A stretch of 64,000 bases of DNA from Polyangiales bacterium (lineage in GTDB: Bacteria; Myxococcota_A; Polyangia; Polyangiales; Ga0077539): contig JBGARZ010000017.1 in NCBI GenBank assembly GCA_044229975.1, forward strand, positions 129,837 to 193,836. Reading direction: 5' to 3'. The notes under the pieces are model-generated. The model was not told the DNA's origin and searched no databases. It was given only the letters and a program-made list of their open reading frames with translations. Of this stretch, positions 29,449 to 38,526 are shown piece by piece. How positions within the stretch are numbered: the first letter of the stretch is position 1; the number at the start of each line of letters is the position of its first letter. The translations under genes were made by a program, and so were the position numbers.

Positions 29449-30468
29449 GTGAGGCGCGACGTCACTGACAATACCCCTGGGCTCGTGGCCGTCGTGCTGC
29501 TCGCCGCCTGTGGGGTCGAGGTGGTGGGCCCGGACGACCCGCTGCACCAGGAGTCGCGCGTCTCGACCGATGGCGGGGTGGTGGGCAACCCCCAGGCGCT
29601 GGTGACGGCGTCGGGTGAGACCCAGACCTGCGTCGCGTGGCAGGCGGTGCGCGATCGCTACACGCAGGTCGCGACCTGGGGGCCTGGCGCGGCGACCTGC
29701 GACCTCGGATCGCTCCCCGACTCGACCCGGCAGGCGTCCATCGAGTGGGTCAACTACTTCCGCGGCCTGGTCGGCCTCGCGGCGGTCAGCGAGGATCGCA
29801 ACGACCGCTCCGCGGCGCAGGGCTGCGCGGTGTTGCTGGAGCGCAACGGCCAGCTCACGCACACGCCGCCCGCGACCTGGGCGTGCGCGACCCTCGCGTC
29901 CCGCGACGCGGCCGGGCGCAGCAACCTCTCGGGCAACGTCGGCTTCCCGATGAGCCCCTGGTACTCGGTGCGCGGCTGGATCGACGAGGGCAGGGACCTC
30001 TCCGGCACGCTCGGTCATCGCCGCTGGCTCTTCAGCCCGGAGCTGCACACCGTCACCTACGGTCAGACGGGGAGCTTCGCGTGCATGACCCTCGGGCTCG
30101 GAGCCAGTGATCCTCGGGCGCCCGCGTCCATCGCCTGGCCGCCCGCGGGCTGGGTCCCCACGGCGGTGATGGGCACCATCTGGTCGTTCTCTCAAGCCGG
30201 TGTCACGGCGGCGGGGACACAGGTCGAGGTGCTTCGCGACGGCGCCCGACTCAACGTCAGCGCCGTCGCGCGCGCCGCGGGACGGGGCGAGGACACCATC
30301 AGCTGGGAGGTCCCGACGGCCGTTGCGGGGAGCGTGTACCGCGTGACCATCCGGGTGCCGGGCCGCGCGCTCGTCAGCTACGACGTCAAGCCGACCGCGT
30401 GCCCTCGTCGATCGTCGATCCATCGGATACAACCCGAAGGACGGAGAGACCATTGGAGCCATGGCTAG
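29449..30468 (+). CDS. CAP/SCP-domain lipoprotein
   Basis: Lipobox VLLAAC, VNYFRGLVGL, QLTHTPP, SNL and LGHRRWLF. Confidence 0.8.
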   Translation: MRRDVTDNTPGLVAVVLLAACGVEVVGPDDPLHQESRVSTDGGVVGNPQALVTASGETQTCVAWQAVRDRYTQVATWGPGAATCDLGSLPDSTRQASIEWVNYFRGLVGLAAVSEDRNDRSAAQGCAVLLERNGQLTHTPPATWACATLASRDAAGRSNLSGNVGFPMSPWYSVRGWIDEGRDLSGTLGHRRWLFSPELHTVTYGQTGSFACMTLGLGASDPRAPASIAWPPAGWVPTAVMGTIWSFSQAGVTAAGTQVEVLRDGARLNVSAVARAAGRGEDTISWEVPTAVAGSVYRVTIRVPGRALVSYDVKPTACPRRSSIHRIQPEGRRDHWSHG

Positions 30469-31756
30469 AGCCGCGCTGCTGAAGGTCGGCGATCACATCG
30501 ACGACCGCTACGAGCTCTGTCGACAGATCGGCGAGAGCACGACTGGCGTCCTCTTCGAGGCGGCGCATCGCTACACCGGCCGTCGCGTGGCCATCGAGTT
30601 CCTTCGCGGCGCGGAGGGCGCTCCCGACAGCGCCGCGCGGCGTGCGAGCAGCGCCTTCGCCGTCGGACGCATCCGCCACCCCTACCTCATCGAGGTGTCC
30701 GACGCGGGCGTCGCCGACGGGATCCCCTACGTCGTCACGGCGCTCCTGGCGGGGCGTTCGCTCGAAGGTCTCCTGGCCGCGCGCGGGGCCTTCACTCCCG
30801 CGGAGACCGCGACGGTGGGGAGGCAGATCGCGCTTGCGCTGGAGGCCCTCCACCACCACGGATTGGCGCACGGCGACGTGAGCGCGGCCAACGGGTGGAT
30901 GGTGCGCTCGGCCCTGGGCGACGAGCAGATCGAGCTGCGCAACCTCCAGATGGCGTACGGGTCGCTCGCGTCGACGGGCTCCGACCCGGAGCGCACGCGC
31001 GACGTACAGTCCGACCTCTCGCGACTGGGCGCGCTCCTCTTCGAATGCCTCGTCGGCTCGGCCCCTCAAGGCATCGCCCATGGTCGCGATCGGGTCGAGA
31101 GACCCTCGCTCCTCGCGCTGCGTCCCGACACCCCGCCCGCCCTGGGTCGTGTGGTGGAGCGTTGCCTCAGCTCCGTCCACTCGGAGCGCTTCGTGAGCGC
31201 CCGCGATCTGGTCGCCCACCTCGAAGCGACGCGGCTCACCGGGGTCGCCACGCGCTTCCTCGCCAGCGCGTCGCAGCAGTCTCTCCGCGCCGTCACCGTG
31301 TCCCCCGACCGGACACCGAAGACCGCGGTGCAGGTGCCGTCACCGATCTCCTCGCCACCGCCTGCGCAACGCCGCTCGGCCCCGGCGCCGGCGGCCGAGG
31401 CGTCGGAGCACCTCGCGCGGCGCAAGGTTCCTCGGGCCGCCTACTCCACGCCGGTTCGTCTGCTGGGTCACCACGGCGTGCTGGAGGGGCGCATTGAGGA
31501 CATCTCGACCCGCGGGGTGCTGGTCATCGCAGAGACTTCGTTGGAGGTTGGGAGCGTGGTGCAGCTCCGCTTCGCCACCCCCGGCAGCGGCGCCATCGTG
31601 CAATGCGCCGGGGTGCTGCGCTGGGTCCGCATCGCCCCTTCCTCGAAGCGGGCGGCGATGGGGTTTGAGCTACAAGCAACGCCCAACGAGCTGCGAACCG
31701 CGGTCGAGGTCTACGTGGCGCAACAGCAGAGCGTGCCGGACGTCGCTCGCGACTGA
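30461..31756 (+). CDS. Ser/Thr pseudokinase fused to a C-terminal PilZ domain
   Basis: Kinase scaffold (RYELCRQIGE, RVAIEFL, HGDVSAAN, LGALLFECLVG) lacking the catalytic motifs; PilZ RKVPR and DISTRG. Confidence 0.85.
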   Translation: MARAALLKVGDHIDDRYELCRQIGESTTGVLFEAAHRYTGRRVAIEFLRGAEGAPDSAARRASSAFAVGRIRHPYLIEVSDAGVADGIPYVVTALLAGRSLEGLLAARGAFTPAETATVGRQIALALEALHHHGLAHGDVSAANGWMVRSALGDEQIELRNLQMAYGSLASTGSDPERTRDVQSDLSRLGALLFECLVGSAPQGIAHGRDRVERPSLLALRPDTPPALGRVVERCLSSVHSERFVSARDLVAHLEATRLTGVATRFLASASQQSLRAVTVSPDRTPKTAVQVPSPISSPPPAQRRSAPAPAAEASEHLARRKVPRAAYSTPVRLLGHHGVLEGRIEDISTRGVLVIAETSLEVGSVVQLRFATPGSGAIVQCAGVLRWVRIAPSSKRAAMGFELQATPNELRTAVEVYVAQQQSVPDVARD

Positions 31757-32022
31757 AACGGGGATGACACCCGACGCGTCCTGGCGGATGGACAGATCGC
31801 CTCCTGCGCAAGGTTTGTCCCGAGTCGATGTCGGGTCACTCCATTGACACCATGTGTCTATAATCTGACCGCTCGCTGGTGACCTCACCGCACCGTCGGA
31901 ATTGCTACTGCGTTGTCGATTGGGGGCTTGCAACCTGGCCCGTACGGAGGCAAAGACAGGTGGTGATCTGGGCGGGACGTTGATGACAGGGCGGACGTTC
32001 GATGGAGCGGGAGGAGGGGCGG

Positions 32023-32520
32023 ATGAGCGTGAGTGATGACTCGCGCGCCAGCCTCTTCGCGCGTCAGCCGGAGGTCGGCGAGCGCTTCGTGTTCTCGGCG
32101 CCTGCGGCGGAAGAGTCGGCGGGTGGTGGCGGCGCCGTGCGGTCCGAGCCGAGGCGCGCGATCGTGCTCATCGTGGACGACGAGCCGCTCATTGGAGCCA
32201 TGCTGAGCCGCGCGTTGCGGGGTCACGACGTGACCATCGTCTCGAACGTCAAGGACGCCGTGGCGCAGCTCGACGCGGGCCGCGAGTTTGACGTCATCCT
32301 CTCCGACCTGATGATGCCGGTGGCGTCGGGCATGGACCTCTATGACCTGTTGACCCGGCGCTTCCCGAAGGCCGCCGAGCGGATGGTGTTCATCAGTGGA
32401 GGGGCGTTTACGCCAATCACCCAGGCGTTTCTCGACCGGGTGCCCAACGAGCGTATCGAGAAGCCCTTTCGCGTGACCGAGGTGCAGTCGCTCGTCGAGA
32501 GGTTCGTCCGCCCTTCCTGA
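32023..32520 (+). CDS. Response regulator receiver protein
   Basis: IVDDEP, ILSDLMMP, FISGG and IEKPF. Start uncertain (32002 or 32023). Confidence 0.85.
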   Translation: MSVSDDSRASLFARQPEVGERFVFSAPAAEESAGGGGAVRSEPRRAIVLIVDDEPLIGAMLSRALRGHDVTIVSNVKDAVAQLDAGREFDVILSDLMMPVASGMDLYDLLTRRFPKAAERMVFISGGAFTPITQAFLDRVPNERIEKPFRVTEVQSLVERFVRPS

Positions 32521-32573
32521 CTCGGGTGAAGGTCATCCCGTGAGCGATGACGACGACGCTGGTCGCGGAAGGG

Positions 32574-32849
32574 TCATGACCCCGCCGCGCGAGCGTCCGT
32601 GGTCGCCCGCAGCCATCCCTGGCCGACCCAGCGCCGGACCGTGTCGCGGAGGATGCCGAGCTCCCTCGCGGCGCCCGAGTGGCCCCGGTTTGCGCGGACG
32701 ACGGTGAGCGCGTCCTCGCGCAACGAACGGAGCAACTCTCGCGCGGTGACTCGGGAGTGTTCGGACAGCCACGCGGGTGAATCGTCGATCGTCGCGAGCA
32801 CGCGATCGAGCACGGCTCCCACCTCGAGCCAAGACGCCCTCTTGCTCAT
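32574..32849 (-). CDS. Small protein with a Fis-like helix-turn-helix
   Basis: C-terminal ANRGHSGAARELGILRDTVRRWV. Confidence 0.55.
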   Translation of the reverse strand: MSKRASWLEVGAVLDRVLATIDDSPAWLSEHSRVTARELLRSLREDALTVVRANRGHSGAARELGILRDTVRRWVGQGWLRATTDARAAGS

Positions 32850-32921
32850 GTCACCAGAGTAGTCCCCACCCTCCGACCTCGCTTGAACGGGACTGCTCCC
32901 GCTCTTGAACGAACCTGCTAA

Positions 32922-33839
32922 TCAGCGGGGACCGCGACGAGGCTCGGGGACGAGGGCGCCCGGGGCGACCCCGTAGCGTCGTCGGAAGAGCCGCGTGAGG
33001 TGCGCCTGGTCGGAGAAGCCACACTGCAACGCGATCTCCGCGATGGGGTGCCCGAGGGGCAGGAGCTCGCGCGCTCGCTCGACGCGACGGCGCATGACGT
33101 ACGCGTGCGGGGACTCCCCCGTGAGCCGCTTGAACTCGCGCGCGAAGTGCGCGGGTGACAGGTCGGCGATGTCGGCGATGTCGGCGACGGTCACCGCCTC
33201 GCCGAGCGACGCCTCGACCATGTCCTTCACGCGCGCGAGCCGCGGGCAGAGGGCGCCCGGCGGGGCCGTCGCGAGGTCCGACACGCCCGCGATGCGCGCG
33301 AGGCACGACACGAGCGCGACGGCGAGGGCGTCGGCGAACAGCGGCCCGGCGGCTCCGCCCGTCGTCGCCTCGGCGACCAGTCCCCGCGTCACGGTGGCGA
33401 GGGGCTCGTCGAAGAGCGTGTGCACGGGCCGCAGCACGAGGTCGCGCCCGAGCACGCGCCGCACCTTGTCGAGCGAGACCTCGAACGCGCTCCACCAGAA
33501 CGGGCCGCGGAAGCGATGCGAGAAGTCCTCGCCGGCGGGGTTGATGGAGAGGGCGCCCGGCGACAACGGAGCCTTGACGTACCCGTGCGACGACCTCCGC
33601 TCGATGGGCACCACCACCGGGCCGAGGTTGGTCGAGATGTTGTGACCGGCCATGGTGAGGTCGCGCACCTCGCCGCTGGGGCTCACGCCGACCTCGCAGA
33701 CGATGCCGTCCCAGCCGAGGGGACCGCTGGAGGCAAGGATCACGCTCTCTTGCAGCGCATCGACCTGCTCGCCAGTGCCAACCCGGACGAAGCGCAAGGC
33801 GCTCGATCTGGAAAGGGTCGAGGGGACGGCAGTATGCAT
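32922..33839 (-). CDS. AraC family transcriptional regulator
   Basis: LSPAHFAREFKRLTGESPHAYV...IAEIALQCGFSDQAHLTRLF. Confidence 0.93.
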   Translation of the reverse strand: MHTAVPSTLSRSSALRFVRVGTGEQVDALQESVILASSGPLGWDGIVCEVGVSPSGEVRDLTMAGHNISTNLGPVVVPIERRSSHGYVKAPLSPGALSINPAGEDFSHRFRGPFWWSAFEVSLDKVRRVLGRDLVLRPVHTLFDEPLATVTRGLVAEATTGGAAGPLFADALAVALVSCLARIAGVSDLATAPPGALCPRLARVKDMVEASLGEAVTVADIADIADLSPAHFAREFKRLTGESPHAYVMRRRVERARELLPLGHPIAEIALQCGFSDQAHLTRLFRRRYGVAPGALVPEPRRGPR

Positions 33840-33983
33840 TGCCCGACTATCGGACCTTCCGGCTCGTCCGTAAGGCCAAAAAGTCACCGGCAGCCGCAGC
33901 ACCGCAGCCGCGTCCGGCGCGAGTCTGCCCTCGCGCTCCAGCCTCGCGTGGAGCGACTCGCCCGCCGCTGCGTCGCCGAGCCG

Positions 33984-35435
33984 TCACTCCCGCTCCGCGA
34001 ACACGCACAGCTCGGGACCGGACGGCGCGAGCCCGACAGCGAAGCGGAGCGAGGCGGCGGCGCGCTGCCAGTCGAGACGCGCGTCGATCTCGCGGACGGC
34101 CGCCTCGGCGGCGGCGACTTCGCGAAGGTTGAGCACCAGGAGCGTTCCGTCGCCCAGGCGCAGGCGTTGGCGCTCGCGCTCGGCGAGGTCGCGCGCAAGC
34201 CCCAGCTCGCGGTGCGCCAGGGTGGCGCGCTCGCGGGCGGCCTCCAGCGCCGAGGCGGCGTCGCGCGTCTCCGCCGTCACCCGATCGAGGGCCAGTCGGC
34301 GCTGGGCCTCGATGCGCTCGACCGCAGCCCCGGCAGCGCGGGCGCGGCCGACGGGTCCGCGGTTGAGGAGGGGGATCTCCACCACCACGCCCGCCTCGAA
34401 GGACGGCTGCGTGAGGCGCTGCGGGCCCGCGCCGAGGTCTTGCGACGCGGCCAACGTGACGTCCACCGCCGGCCGCGATTGATTCTCGTGGAAGTCCCGC
34501 TCCACCCGCTCGCGCTCGCGCAAGGCCTCCAACCTTCGGGGCTCCGGGCGCCGGAGCTGCGCCGCGCGGAGCTCGCTCGCGAGGCAGGTCGCATCCAGAC
34601 CGAGAGGCTCGGGTAGCGCGCTCGGAAGCTCGGTCTCGGTGGCCAGGCGAGGATCGCCGTGGTCGTCGCGGAGGTAGAGCGAGAGCTCGATGGCGGCCTG
34701 CTCCACCTGACGACGGGCGAGGGTCACGGCGCCCTCTCGCTGGAGCACGGCGCGGACGTTGTCGGCGCGCTCGAACTCCGGCAGGTCGCCGCGGGTCACC
34801 CGCTCGCCAAGGCCCGCGTCACGCGTCGTCGCCAACCCGAGGAGGTCTCGCGCGACGGCGAGGCGTCGCCCCGCGGCCACCCACTCCCAGTAGCGTTGCG
34901 TGGCCGCGCGCAGCGACTCCAGCCGCTGCTGGGTGACGCCCAGCGCGGCCGCGGTGCGACCGTACCCGGCCCGTCGGACGTTGGCCCGCGCCCGGTCGAT
35001 GGGCCCGTTGCGCCAGAGAGGGACGGTGAGCCCGGCCCGCAGCTCGCCCGCGTCCGCGGTCTCCAGTCGGCCGTCGTAGACGGGAATCCCGGTGTACGAG
35101 AGGCCCTGTCCGAAGCGCCAGCCCGCGAAGAGCTGCGCCCCCCACAGGGTCGTGGGCAGCGTGACCGTCGACTCCGCGACGAGCGGGTTGTAGTAGCCGA
35201 CGGGGTTGCCGGCGACGCGGTTTCGCCAGAGCGGGTCGAAGGCCCCGTCGGCCGCGAGCGCCTCCGCGTCGGCCGCGTCGCGGTCGCGCTCGGCCGCCGC
35301 GATGAGGGGGAAGTGACGGTCGGTCGACGCCGCGACGACCGCGACGGTCAGCGCGGCGGAGCCCGACTGCGCCGAGGCGGGCCGCGCCGCTGCCAGGACG
35401 AGCGCGAGCGTGAGCGCGGTGACACTTCGCCTCAT
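33984..35435 (-). CDS. TolC family outer-membrane efflux protein
   Basis: Signal peptide, ADGAFDP, LTVPLWRNGPID, YWEWVAAG, VEIPLLNR and GDGTLLVLNLRE. Translationally coupled to the HlyD gene. Confidence 0.88.
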   Translation of the reverse strand: MRRSVTALTLALVLAAARPASAQSGSAALTVAVVAASTDRHFPLIAAAERDRDAADAEALAADGAFDPLWRNRVAGNPVGYYNPLVAESTVTLPTTLWGAQLFAGWRFGQGLSYTGIPVYDGRLETADAGELRAGLTVPLWRNGPIDRARANVRRAGYGRTAAALGVTQQRLESLRAATQRYWEWVAAGRRLAVARDLLGLATTRDAGLGERVTRGDLPEFERADNVRAVLQREGAVTLARRQVEQAAIELSLYLRDDHGDPRLATETELPSALPEPLGLDATCLASELRAAQLRRPEPRRLEALRERERVERDFHENQSRPAVDVTLAASQDLGAGPQRLTQPSFEAGVVVEIPLLNRGPVGRARAAGAAVERIEAQRRLALDRVTAETRDAASALEAARERATLAHRELGLARDLAERERQRLRLGDGTLLVLNLREVAAAEAAVREIDARLDWQRAAASLRFAVGLAPSGPELCVFAERE

Positions 35436-36748
35436 CGGCTGCTCCCGTACGGCGCCGACGCAGACCCCGGCTCCGTCCGCGACACCGTCGGCGGGAAGCC
35501 GTTGAACTGCCGCCACAGCTCGTAGGCGATGGACACCCGGTTGAGCAGGATCCAGCCGTTGGCGCGCACACCCTGCCGGAGGTAGCGCCCGGAGGGCCAG
35601 CGCTCGCGGCCGTCGGGCAGCACCAGCACCCGGAACTTCCCCCGCCCGTCGTCGGCGGAGTCGATGACGGCGACGGTTCCGCCGAAGGTGCCGACGGCGA
35701 CCGAGGGCCAGCCCGAGAACTGGATCGCCGGCCAGCCCTCGAACTGCACCCGCACACGGCGCCCCTCGCGCAGCAGCGGCACGTCGTTGCCGTCGACCCA
35801 CAGCTCCACCGCCCGCGCGTCGGTGTCGGGGACGAACACCATCAACGGGTCGCCTGCCTTCAGCAGCTCGGCGCCGGTCCCGCCGTAGACGCGCAGCACC
35901 GTGCCGTCGCGCGGGGCGGTGACCCGCTGGGTGCTCTGCCGGGCGAGGCGCACGTCGAGGCGGGTGAGTTCTGCCTGGGACGACGCGACCTCCGCCAGGG
36001 CCGCCGCGCGTCCGGCGCGCGCGTCGTCGACGGCCGCGGCGCCGTCGGTCCCGGCGCGCAGCAGGTCGGACTGAAACGCGAGCTCTTCGGCCCGCGCGGC
36101 GGAGAGGGAGGCCCGCGCGCGGTCGGCGTCGGTGCGGGCCCGCACCTGATCGAGCTCGGCGAGCTCCACGGTGCGCGTCGAGGCGAGTCCCCCAACGCCG
36201 AGGGCGCGCTGGCGGTCGATGTTGAGCCGCGTGGTCTCCACGTTCGCCTCGGCGGCGGCGACGCCCTGCTGCGCGGCGCGCACCCGCTCGCGGGCCATCT
36301 GCAACCTTCGTTCGGCCGCCTCGGTCGCGCTCTGCCGCGACCGTGTGAGCTGCTCCGCGCGCGAACCGATGGAGTCCGCGCGGGCGCTCGCTGCGGCCAG
36401 GCGTGCGACGAGGGCCTCGCGCTCCTGCCGCAGCCGCCCGAGGATGTCGGGATCGTTGTCGGCGATGTCGACGAGGGGGTCGCCCGCCCGCACATGGGCG
36501 CCCTCGCGGACGTGGTAGCGCACCGCGCGACCCTCGATGGGGGCGTCGATGACCTGCTGCCGCTCGGTGGGGGCGTAGGCGACCACGCGACCCGCGCCCG
36601 TCGCCGTCTGCTGCCAGGGGAGCACCGCGGCGCACAGCGCGGACGCGGCGAAGAGGGACACGAAGACATGGGCCAGGGTGCGGGCCGCGCGGGGCGTCTG
36701 CACGAGGGCCAGCGAGGCGGGGACGAAGTCGTCGGCGACGGTCTGCAT
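35432..36748 (-). CDS. HlyD family secretion adaptor
   Basis: TM helix, LPWQQTATGAGRV, IDAPIEGR, coiled coil, VTAPRDG and VRVQFEGWPAIQFSGWP. Confidence 0.92.
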   Translation of the reverse strand: MQTVADDFVPASLALVQTPRAARTLAHVFVSLFAASALCAAVLPWQQTATGAGRVVAYAPTERQQVIDAPIEGRAVRYHVREGAHVRAGDPLVDIADNDPDILGRLRQEREALVARLAAASARADSIGSRAEQLTRSRQSATEAAERRLQMARERVRAAQQGVAAAEANVETTRLNIDRQRALGVGGLASTRTVELAELDQVRARTDADRARASLSAARAEELAFQSDLLRAGTDGAAAVDDARAGRAAALAEVASSQAELTRLDVRLARQSTQRVTAPRDGTVLRVYGGTGAELLKAGDPLMVFVPDTDARAVELWVDGNDVPLLREGRRVRVQFEGWPAIQFSGWPSVAVGTFGGTVAVIDSADDGRGKFRVLVLPDGRERWPSGRYLRQGVRANGWILLNRVSIAYELWRQFNGFPPTVSRTEPGSASAPYGSSR

Positions 36749-36764
36749 GGGCGTGGCCCTCCTT

Positions 36765-38435
36765 TCAGTCGCGGGCGAAGGAAGCGTCGCGGAGGTGCAC
36801 ACGGGTGGCGCACGCGGCCGCGACGGACGCACGGTGGGTGAGCACGAGCAGGGTCCACGGCGCGGCGGGGTCGGCGAGCGCGGCCAGGAGCTCGTGGGCC
36901 GCGTCGTCATCGAGGGCGTCGAGGGCGCCGTCCACCACCAGCAGCCGCGGCGCCCCCGCGATGGCCCGCGCGAACATCAGACGCCGCGCCTGGGTCATGG
37001 ACAGCGGCGCGCCGCCCGGGGTGAGCGCCGTGTCGACGCCCGCCGGGAGAGCGAGCACCGTGTCCGCGAGGCCCACGGCCGCGAGCGCCTCGCGCACCCG
37101 CGCCGCGTCGACGTCGGGGCGGCCGACGGTGACGTTCTCGGCCACGGTCCCCTCGAAGAGCGCCGGATCGCGCACCACCGCCACCGCGGCGCGCAAGGCT
37201 TCGAGGGAGAGCTCCCGCAGGTCGGCGCCTTCGAGCAGCACGGCGCCCCCAGAAGGGGAACGCCGCCCGAGGAGGAGGTCGGCGAGGGTGCTCTTGCCCG
37301 CGCCCGACGCGCCCAGCACTGCCATGCGCTCGCCAGGTTCGAGCGCGAGGTGCGCGTCGCGGAGCACGGCCGCGCCGCCGTACCCGAAGCACACCCCGCG
37401 CAGGGCGAGCCGGGCGCCGCGAGGCGATCCGGGCGGAACCGCCACGCCGCCCGCGCGCTCCATCGGCAGGTCGGCGAGGTGCCCGAGCTTGTCGACGGCC
37501 GCGGCGAGGTCGTAGGCGGTCTCGAGCTGCTTGGAGAGCTTCGTCAGCCCGACGACGATGCCGGTCACGACCAGCTCTGCGGCGGCGAGCTGGCCGACGG
37601 TCAGCCCGCGTTGAATCACCAGCAGCCCACCGAGGCCGAGGAGGGCGGCGCTGACGACGGCGCGGAAGACGAGCGTGCCGACGTGCTGCCGCAGCACGAT
37701 GCGGAAGTGTTCGGTGCGGGCGGCGAGGTAGCGCACCGCGAGGGCGTCGGCGCGCGAACGGGCGAAGGTCGCGGCGCCGGGGCCGTGGAAGGTCTCGCCG
37801 GGGCGGCCGAGGGTCTCCAGCCACGCGACGACGGCGTACTTCGCGCGCGACTCCCGCACGCTGGTCTCGACGGCGCCGTGCCCCAGCGGCCAGATGATGA
37901 ACGCGATGCCCGCCACCAGCACCGCGTCGAAGGCCAGCAACAGCGGGTGGTAGAACGCCAGCAGCAACGTTCCGACGAGGGCCTGGAGCAACACCGACAG
38001 CCCATCGAGGAGCAGGGTCGCGAAGGCCTTCTGCACGGTCACCACCTCGAAGAAGCGGTTGACCAGCTCGGGGACGTGGGCCACGTCCGCGGTCTCGGCG
38101 CGCAGCCGCGGCAGCCGCTGGGCGAGCTCCGCGGTCGCGCGCACGAACACCCGGCGCTGCATCATCTCGACCACCCGCACCTGCATCGCGCGCATCAGCC
38201 CGTCGAAGGCCAGCGCGCCGAAGACCAGCGCCGTGAGCACCGCCAGCGGCTGGAGCACCACCGCGAAGGTGACCGTGTTGACCAGCGCGGCGGTCGCCAC
38301 GGGCACGGCCAGCGAGAGCAGGCCCACCCCGACGGCGTAGGCGATCACCACCGCGAGGTCGTCCCGCTCGACCCGCAGGAGGTCGACGAGACGTCGGAGC
38401 GGGGACGGGTGTCCGGCCGGGTGGTGATCGCCCAT
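36765..38435 (-). CDS. Type I secretion-type ABC transporter (TMD+NBD) with a degenerate NBD
   Basis: ELVNRFFEVVTVQK, TVGQLAAAEL and Walker A GASGAGKST. The signature reads LSMTQ and Walker B reads LLVVDG. Confidence 0.9.
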   Translation of the reverse strand: MGDHHPAGHPSPLRRLVDLLRVERDDLAVVIAYAVGVGLLSLAVPVATAALVNTVTFAVVLQPLAVLTALVFGALAFDGLMRAMQVRVVEMMQRRVFVRATAELAQRLPRLRAETADVAHVPELVNRFFEVVTVQKAFATLLLDGLSVLLQALVGTLLLAFYHPLLLAFDAVLVAGIAFIIWPLGHGAVETSVRESRAKYAVVAWLETLGRPGETFHGPGAATFARSRADALAVRYLAARTEHFRIVLRQHVGTLVFRAVVSAALLGLGGLLVIQRGLTVGQLAAAELVVTGIVVGLTKLSKQLETAYDLAAAVDKLGHLADLPMERAGGVAVPPGSPRGARLALRGVCFGYGGAAVLRDAHLALEPGERMAVLGASGAGKSTLADLLLGRRSPSGGAVLLEGADLRELSLEALRAAVAVVRDPALFEGTVAENVTVGRPDVDAARVREALAAVGLADTVLALPAGVDTALTPGGAPLSMTQARRLMFARAIAGAPRLLVVDGALDALDDDAAHELLAALADPAAPWTLLVLTHRASVAAACATRVHLRDASFARD

Positions 38436-38489
38436 GGACCGGTACGATGCGGCCGCCACCGCGGCGGCGCCGTGACGGAATACCGTTGA

Positions 38490-38514
38490 CACCCTTCGGA
38501 AAAACCGAAGGGTG
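38490..38514. promoter_or_regulatory. LysR-type operator palindrome between the ABC operon and the NhaR-like gene
   Basis: Perfect 10-bp arms CACCCTTCGG-AAAAA-CCGAAGGGTG containing a T-N11-A core, in a divergent intergenic region. Confidence 0.65.
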
Positions 38515-38526
38515 GCAGGCACCGTC

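Noticed and set aside
31844..31864. TTGACA...TATAAT sigma70 promoter
   Set aside because: The spacer is only 9 bp (about 17 needed). The internal GACAC-CAT-GTGTC palindrome might be an operator but has no further support.
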